Source: Terriglobales bacterium
GTDB lineage: Bacteria; Acidobacteriota; Terriglobia; Terriglobales; Acidobacteriaceae
Direction: 5' to 3'
Assembly: GCA_035601775.1 (NCBI GenBank)
Contig: DATNNO010000085.1
Span: 190,826 to 254,825, forward strand
Length of the DNA: 64,000 nt
Part shown: positions 61,588-64,000 of the stretch, piece by piece
How the letters are laid out: every line of letters begins with the position of its first letter
Numbering within the stretch: the first letter of the stretch is position 1
The notes under the pieces: model-generated
The model's database searches: none
What the model saw: the letters and a program-made list of their open reading frames with translations, nothing else
Told to the model about the DNA's origin: nothing
Translations under genes and position numbers: made by a program

Positions 61588-63090
61588 ATGACTTCCACAG
61601 CGGTCGAACCGGTGCTTGCGGAACAAGCAACCAGCTTTGAAATGCCCGCGCAGGCAGACGTACCGAAACTGGCGCGCCGCGGACTCAACTGGTCTTTGGT
61701 ACTTCTGGCGGGAAGGTACTTGCTTTCGATGGGAAGCACGGCATTACTGGCGCGACTTCTCTCCCCCACCGATTACGGATTGCTGGCAATGGTCGCTGCG
61801 ATTACGGCTCTTGCCCAAGCAAGTTCTGATTTTGGGTTGTCCTGGGCAGCCGTCCAACGTGCACAACTAAGCCGTAATCAGATTGATGCGCTCTTGGTCA
61901 TCAACAGTGCATTCGGATTGTTCTTGATGGTGCTGTGTGCGTTATCGGCGCCCTACATAGCTGCCTTTTATCACCGCCCGGAACTCACGAAAATCATGGT
62001 TGCGGCCAGCACCGCGCTGTTGCTGTCGGCGATCGCGGTGCAGCCGACCGCTTTGATGCGCCGCCAAATGAAGCTGAAAGAGCTTTCGTTGTGCAGCCTA
62101 TGGGCTCTGTTGATCTCCGCCGTAGTAGCGATCGTGCTGGCTCGATTTGGATTCGGCTATTGGGCGCTCGTGGTTCAACTCATTCTTCAGCAGGCAATCA
62201 CCACGGCGCTTTCATTTCCGATGAGTGGATATTTTCCACGACTTCCACGGAATTTCCTGAATCTCCGCTCCCTTGTGACCTTTGGCGGCTACTCGGCGGC
62301 TTACGGCATCGTCAACTATTTTGCACGCAACCTCGACAACGTACTGGTCGGGAAGTTCTGGGGCGCGACCGCTCTCGGATATTATTCCCGCGCCTACTTT
62401 CTGATGACTCTCCCGGGCATGGTTGTGATGGGTGTGTTCAGCGGCGTGCTTATTCCAGCGATGGCGTCCCTACGAAAGGAGCCGGCTCGGATGGAAGCGG
62501 TGTATGTCCGCGCCCTGCGCTTGATCACCGTGTTGGGGTGCGCGTTCGCTGTTGGAATCGCAGCAGCCGCACCGGAACTTGTGGAGTTTGTATACGGGCC
62601 TAAGTGGCGCGCGGTAGTACCAATCCTGCTGTGGCTCTCGGCTGCAAGCATTCTTCAGCCGATACAAAATACAGCCCAGTGGCTCTACATTATCGCGGAA
62701 CGCGGCCGGGGCATGTTCATGATGGGCCTGATAGTTGCTGGATCCGCCATGCTGGCCTTTGCCATAGGCATTCCGTCCGGACCAGTTGGCGTGGCGCGTG
62801 CCTACGCAATTGCAAACACGATCGTTGCGTACCCGGTACTTCTCATGGGGCATCGTGCTTGCGGTCTAAATATTGCAAGAACCGTAGCTGAAAGCGCGCC
62901 TTTACTCCTCTGCGCGCTGATCATGGGTGGCGTTGTTTGGCTCATCGGAGTGGGAACTAGTGCCGCGAGCATGGGTCTCCACGGTCGGTTGGCATTGAAA
63001 ATAATTATTGGCGTATTCACCTATGCCATTTGTCTCCGGCAACTCGCCCGTCCAACGTATTCCGAGATTCTGGCCCAGCTTTCCGCATGA
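61588..63090 (+). CDS. MOP-superfamily polysaccharide flippase (Wzx-like)
   Basis: 500 aa with ~14 TM helices. GRYLLSMGSTALLARLLSPTDYGLLAMV is typical of polysaccharide biosynthesis protein N-termini. Confidence 0.78.
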   Translation: MTSTAVEPVLAEQATSFEMPAQADVPKLARRGLNWSLVLLAGRYLLSMGSTALLARLLSPTDYGLLAMVAAITALAQASSDFGLSWAAVQRAQLSRNQIDALLVINSAFGLFLMVLCALSAPYIAAFYHRPELTKIMVAASTALLLSAIAVQPTALMRRQMKLKELSLCSLWALLISAVVAIVLARFGFGYWALVVQLILQQAITTALSFPMSGYFPRLPRNFLNLRSLVTFGGYSAAYGIVNYFARNLDNVLVGKFWGATALGYYSRAYFLMTLPGMVVMGVFSGVLIPAMASLRKEPARMEAVYVRALRLITVLGCAFAVGIAAAAPELVEFVYGPKWRAVVPILLWLSAASILQPIQNTAQWLYIIAERGRGMFMMGLIVAGSAMLAFAIGIPSGPVGVARAYAIANTIVAYPVLLMGHRACGLNIARTVAESAPLLLCALIMGGVVWLIGVGTSAASMGLHGRLALKIIIGVFTYAICLRQLARPTYSEILAQLSA

Positions 63091-63097
63091 AGGACCA

Positions 63098-64000
63098 ATG
63101 CTGCACGTCCATGTAATCGACGAACTTAGAACTGGTGGGGCCCAGACCCATCTGATCACCATGCTGCGGGAGGCCATTACCTTCCCGGGTATCGAACACC
63201 ACGTTGTGAGCCTCTTTGGAGACGGAGAACTCAGCGGAGAGATCCGCAGCCTCGGAGTTCAGGTACACGTTTTGGATCTGCGTCCTTATTTTCGAAAGCG
63301 AAAGTTCTTGACCGCTACGGCCGAGGTTCAAAAATTGATCGACATGCTGCAGCCGGATTTGGTTGAAGCACACCTGACCTGGAGCCGTTTCATCGCGTTG
63401 TTTGCCGCTTGGCGGGCCGGAGTGCCGCTGAGAATTGGTTTCGAGCAGGGCGATCTGTACATGAATTCTTGGAAATTCCGCATTGCAAACTTCGTGGCGC
63501 AGTCATTCGCACATCGAATCGTGGTTTGCAGTGAGGCGCTCGGGGATTGGGCACGCCATACACACGGCATCTTTCGGTCGAAGTTGCTGGTGCTGCACAA
63601 CTGTGTGGATTTGACCCGGTTCAATCCTGAAGGCCCCGTGGCTAGGGATGTTCAGCCGGTTGCTGGCACTATCCTGTTCTGTGCCGTAGGTACGCTCGGC
63701 CGCGGTGTGAACAAGCGTATGGATGTCTGTATCCGAGCCTTGGCAAGCGCACGATCTGAAGGCGCCAATGTTGCCTTGGTCATTTGCGGAGACGGAGAGC
63801 AACGAAGTGAACTTGAAAAGCTGGCAACCTGCCTCGGTGTCGCTCGCCAAGTGAAGTTTCTGGGAACACGTCCCGATGTCCCAGCAGTCCTCCGGGCGTG
63901 CGACGTGTTTTGTCATGCCGCACCATGGGAGCCATTCGGGATCGTTGCGATCGAAGCTATGGCCGTGGGACTTCCGATTGTTGTGCCTGACTCGGGAGGA
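63098..64000 (+). CDS. Glycosyltransferase family 4 (partial; runs off the window end)
   Basis: Hand translation from ATG 63098: MLHVHVIDELRTGGAQTHLITMLREA ... EPFGIVAIEAMAVGLPIVVPDSGG. Open to the end of the window and absent from the ORF track because no stop is present. Confidence 0.75.
   Translation, partial: MLHVHVIDELRTGGAQTHLITMLREAITFPGIEHHVVSLFGDGELSGEIRSLGVQVHVLDLRPYFRKRKFLTATAEVQKLIDMLQPDLVEAHLTWSRFIALFAAWRAGVPLRIGFEQGDLYMNSWKFRIANFVAQSFAHRIVVCSEALGDWARHTHGIFRSKLLVLHNCVDLTRFNPEGPVARDVQPVAGTILFCAVGTLGRGVNKRMDVCIRALASARSEGANVALVICGDGEQRSELEKLATCLGVARQVKFLGTRPDVPAVLRACDVFCHAAPWEPFGIVAIEAMAVGLPIVVPDSGG

Overview
High-GC bacterial chromosomal segment. Gene content and repeat style suggest an Acidobacteriota-like soil bacterium, but that is inference only and no search was possible. 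No rRNA, tRNA or CRISPR array was found. Layout: (1) 0-4.2 kb holds an ICMT-type methyltransferase, a secreted 7-bladed propeller protein and a GT-C-like membrane protein fused to a PD40 propeller. (2) 4.3-19.3 kb is an unusual cluster. It has five cobalamin-type (class B) radical SAM paralogues in two subfamilies, one SPASM/twitch radical SAM, three SAM methyltransferases, a MOP flippase and an NTP_transf_5-like protein. They form two divergent gene pairs that share a duplicated ~135-bp control region. (3) 19.3-22.3 kb is an operon of a Cyc2-like fused haem-porin, a dihaem cytochrome c and an amicyanin-like cupredoxin. (4) 22.7-26.6 kb holds a REC-PilZ-PilZ regulator, small proteins, a DUF4126 protein and ribBA. 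(5) 26.6-31.9 kb is a patchy, more AT-rich accessory island with a nested-palindrome element, two orphan membrane proteins, a frameshifted protein carrying two HEPN-like Rx4H motifs, about 660 bp of non-coding DNA and a MerR plus zinc-ribbon pair. (6) 32.2-47.2 kb holds thiS and a complex I operon in the order nuoA-C-D-E-F-G-H-J-K-L-M-N. The operon lacks nuoB and nuoI, and its D-E, E-F and F-G junctions carry inverted arrays of GGTAATT/AATTACC octamers. One of these arrays encloses a four-helix-bundle (23S IVS protein family) gene. (7) 47.2-52.3 kb holds an ABC-2 exporter, an orphan Flp pilin, a degenerate NtrC-type regulator and about 800 bp of gene-poor DNA. (8) 53-64 kb is an EPS locus led by a NusG paralogue: TetR, Wzc-like kinase, Wza-like exporter, GT4, a PglB-like fused phosphoglycosyltransferase-acetyltransferase, acyltransferase_3, a Wzx-like flippase and another GT4. 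A recurring signal is three or four TGACA-type pentamers phased at exactly 11 bp upstream of several unrelated operons. All family assignments come from motif recognition by eye in the supplied translations. No HMM or BLAST searches were run.
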